Assembly: GCA_038087875.1 (NCBI GenBank)
Contig: CM075988.1
Location: 3,348,001 to 3,412,000, forward strand
DNA: 64,000 nucleotides
Reading direction: 5' to 3'
Origin: Malacoraja senta
Taxonomy: Eukaryota
Position 1 is the first letter of the stretch, and each line of letters begins with the position of its first letter. Shown here one piece after another: positions 62,279 to 64,000 of the stretch. The notes below the pieces were generated by a model, which was given only the letters and a program-made list of their open reading frames with translations, had not been told where the DNA came from and searched no databases. A program made the position numbers and the translations under genes.

Positions 62279-63391
62279 AGAGCGTGGGGTTCATTTTCCC
62301 CACACAAGCCATAGGTGACTGGGCAATCTGAACCCAAGCCCCAAGTTGAAAGCGGCCGAAGGTGTGCATCCCTCGGGACAGCCCCCACTCTCCCACGGCC
62401 ACCCTCTAGGTCGGGTGGAGCGGAGGTTGGGACAATGTTCATGCCTTCACAGTGATGTGATTGACGCGGGGGTCTGGACCAATCGCTGACAAGTCCCGCC
62501 CCCGGCAACGTCATGTCTGTTATTGGACGTTTCTGTTGAGCGGCAGTCGGTCCTTTGGCCTGTAGGCGACGCCGCCTTTCGGGTGGATGGCGTTTCGACA
62601 GAGCGGCCATACGGTAAGTTTGCTTTTAGGCGATGCAGCCTTTCGGTTCGTTGCCGTTTAGGCATCCCGCCCTTTTGGTTAGTTTGCATTTAGGCGTCCC
62701 ATCCTTTCGGTTCATTGGTGTTTCGGCCTCGTTTCTATTTGGTTCTTTGGCTTCGACTTCTTTGCTTCGGCTACTTGTCTGTCGGCGCCGCATCCGCACA
62801 CGCGACACTGTGCGCTCTATGCAAAGTACCAGCATGTGCAGGTCCTTGTTCTCTAGAATATTGTGTTCAGATCTGATCTTCCCATCTGAGGAAGGCTATA
62901 CTTGCCCCAGAGGGAGTGCAGTGTGTATGCACGGGATTTATTCCTGGAAGGAAGACTTATTGTTGGAGACGAGAAAAAATAGGTTGGCTTTCACTCCCTG
63001 GGGTATGGAAGAAAGAGAGATGATCTCATTAAAACAATCAAAATTCTTGATAAAATAGATGTCGGGAGCTGCTCCCTCCAATGGAGCTGTATTGAACCAG
63101 GAATCACAGGCTCCGTGACCATTTAGGACAGAGATGGAAAGACATTTCAAGAAATGAGTTGAATTCATTGCCCAGAGAAGGCTGTGGAGGCCAAGTCATT
63201 GGATATTTTTAAAGTTGAGATTTACAGATTCTTGATTAATACGGGTGTCAAAGGTAATGGGGAGAAGGCAGGAGAATGGGGTTGAGGGGAAAGATAGTTC
63301 AGCCATGATTGAGTGGTGATTAGACTCAATGGGCTGAATGGCCTTATTCTGCTCCTAGACATATGAACTTATGAAATGTGTTCACCTGGTG

Positions 63392-63705
63392 TCACGGTGG
63401 CGTAGCGGTAGAGCTACTGCCTTACAGCGCCAGTGACCCAGGTTCGATCCTGACTAGGGGTGCTTGTCTGTACGGAGTTTGTACGTTCTCCCTGTGACCT
63501 GCGTGGGTTTTCCCTGAGACCTTCGGTTTCCTCCCACATTCCAAAGTCGTAAAGGTTTGTAGGTTAAATGGCTTTGTACAAATGTAAAAATTGTCCCTAG
63601 CGTGTGTGGGGTAGAGTTAGTGTGCAGGGATCGCTGGTCGGTACAAACTCGGTGTGATGAAGGGCTGTTTCTGCACTGTATCTCTAACCTAAACTAAACT
63701 AAACT
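63392..63705 (+). mobile_element. Full-length tRNA-derived V-SINE/HE1-like SINE
   Basis: ggtggcgtagcggtagag (A box), ggttcgatcc (B box), conserved core, (ctaaa)n tail. Confidence 0.88.
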
Positions 63706-64000
63706 ACTTTCCTACAACCGTCAGTTCTTCAAACCAACCGACACAACCCGAATGCAAACTCTGCAACCTACAGTGACACTATGGATTACCTCGTGCACAG
63801 CAAGGAGTTAACTCTGGTTTTCTAATTGTGTTTTGCACTGATGTCTTGTTTTTTGTTGTTGCATCGTTTTCTTTGTTTTAGACATTTTAGACGTGATTTA
63901 TGGATATGATTTATGTTTATGTGCTGCTTGGTCTATGTGTCTATAACGTTGCTGCAAGCAACATCCGCATTGTACCTGCACCTCACTATGCTTGTACACA

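Larger units (their letters stand above)
61061..62796. mobile_element. Non-autonomous DNA-transposon-like element with ~230-260-bp TIRs
   Basis: 61061-61319 is the reverse complement of 62570-62796 (ggcgccgacagacaagtagc...ccgaa-rich); no TSD or transposase seen. Confidence 0.7.

Noticed and set aside
61711..62610. ORFs rich in E/R/G or S/L/P
   Set aside because: Arise from the GA/CT low-complexity tract
63392..63465. tRNA-like sequences with A and B boxes
   Set aside because: SINE heads continuing into SINE core and CR1-like tail, not stand-alone tRNA genes

Overview
Repeat-dominated vertebrate genomic DNA. The repeat families (HE1/V-SINE-like tRNA SINEs with CR1-type tails, abundant CR1 LINEs) suggest a cartilaginous fish, probably a skate or ray; this is an inference. 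No intact multi-exon gene can be identified, but three short + strand segments with good splice signals and compatible phases may be exons of a host gene with very long introns. Contents: (1) a frameshifted Gypsy/Mag-like LTR retrotransposon with its 5' LTR and PBS, plus a solo LTR; (2) a nested pile at 12.9-23.8 kb, where a Penelope element is split by L2, Rex/Babar and CR1 insertions and the CR1 carries a structurally complete DIRS tyrosine-recombinase element; (3) a near full-length CR1 with an esterase ORF1 and many truncated CR1, L2, Rex and L1/Tx1 pieces; (4) a non-autonomous Helitron with two 5' ends; (5) a long-TIR DNA element, local foldback hairpins, microsatellites and a 200-N gap. 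The most striking hidden signal is a dispersed family of short, often palindromic Penelope-derived elements carrying a minimal hammerhead-ribozyme motif (CTGAAGA-A-GGGTCTCGACCC-GAA-ACGT-C), with roughly 20 recognisable, mostly mutated copies. Most ORFs in the six-frame track are TE fragments or artefacts. Boundaries of degenerate repeats are approximate.
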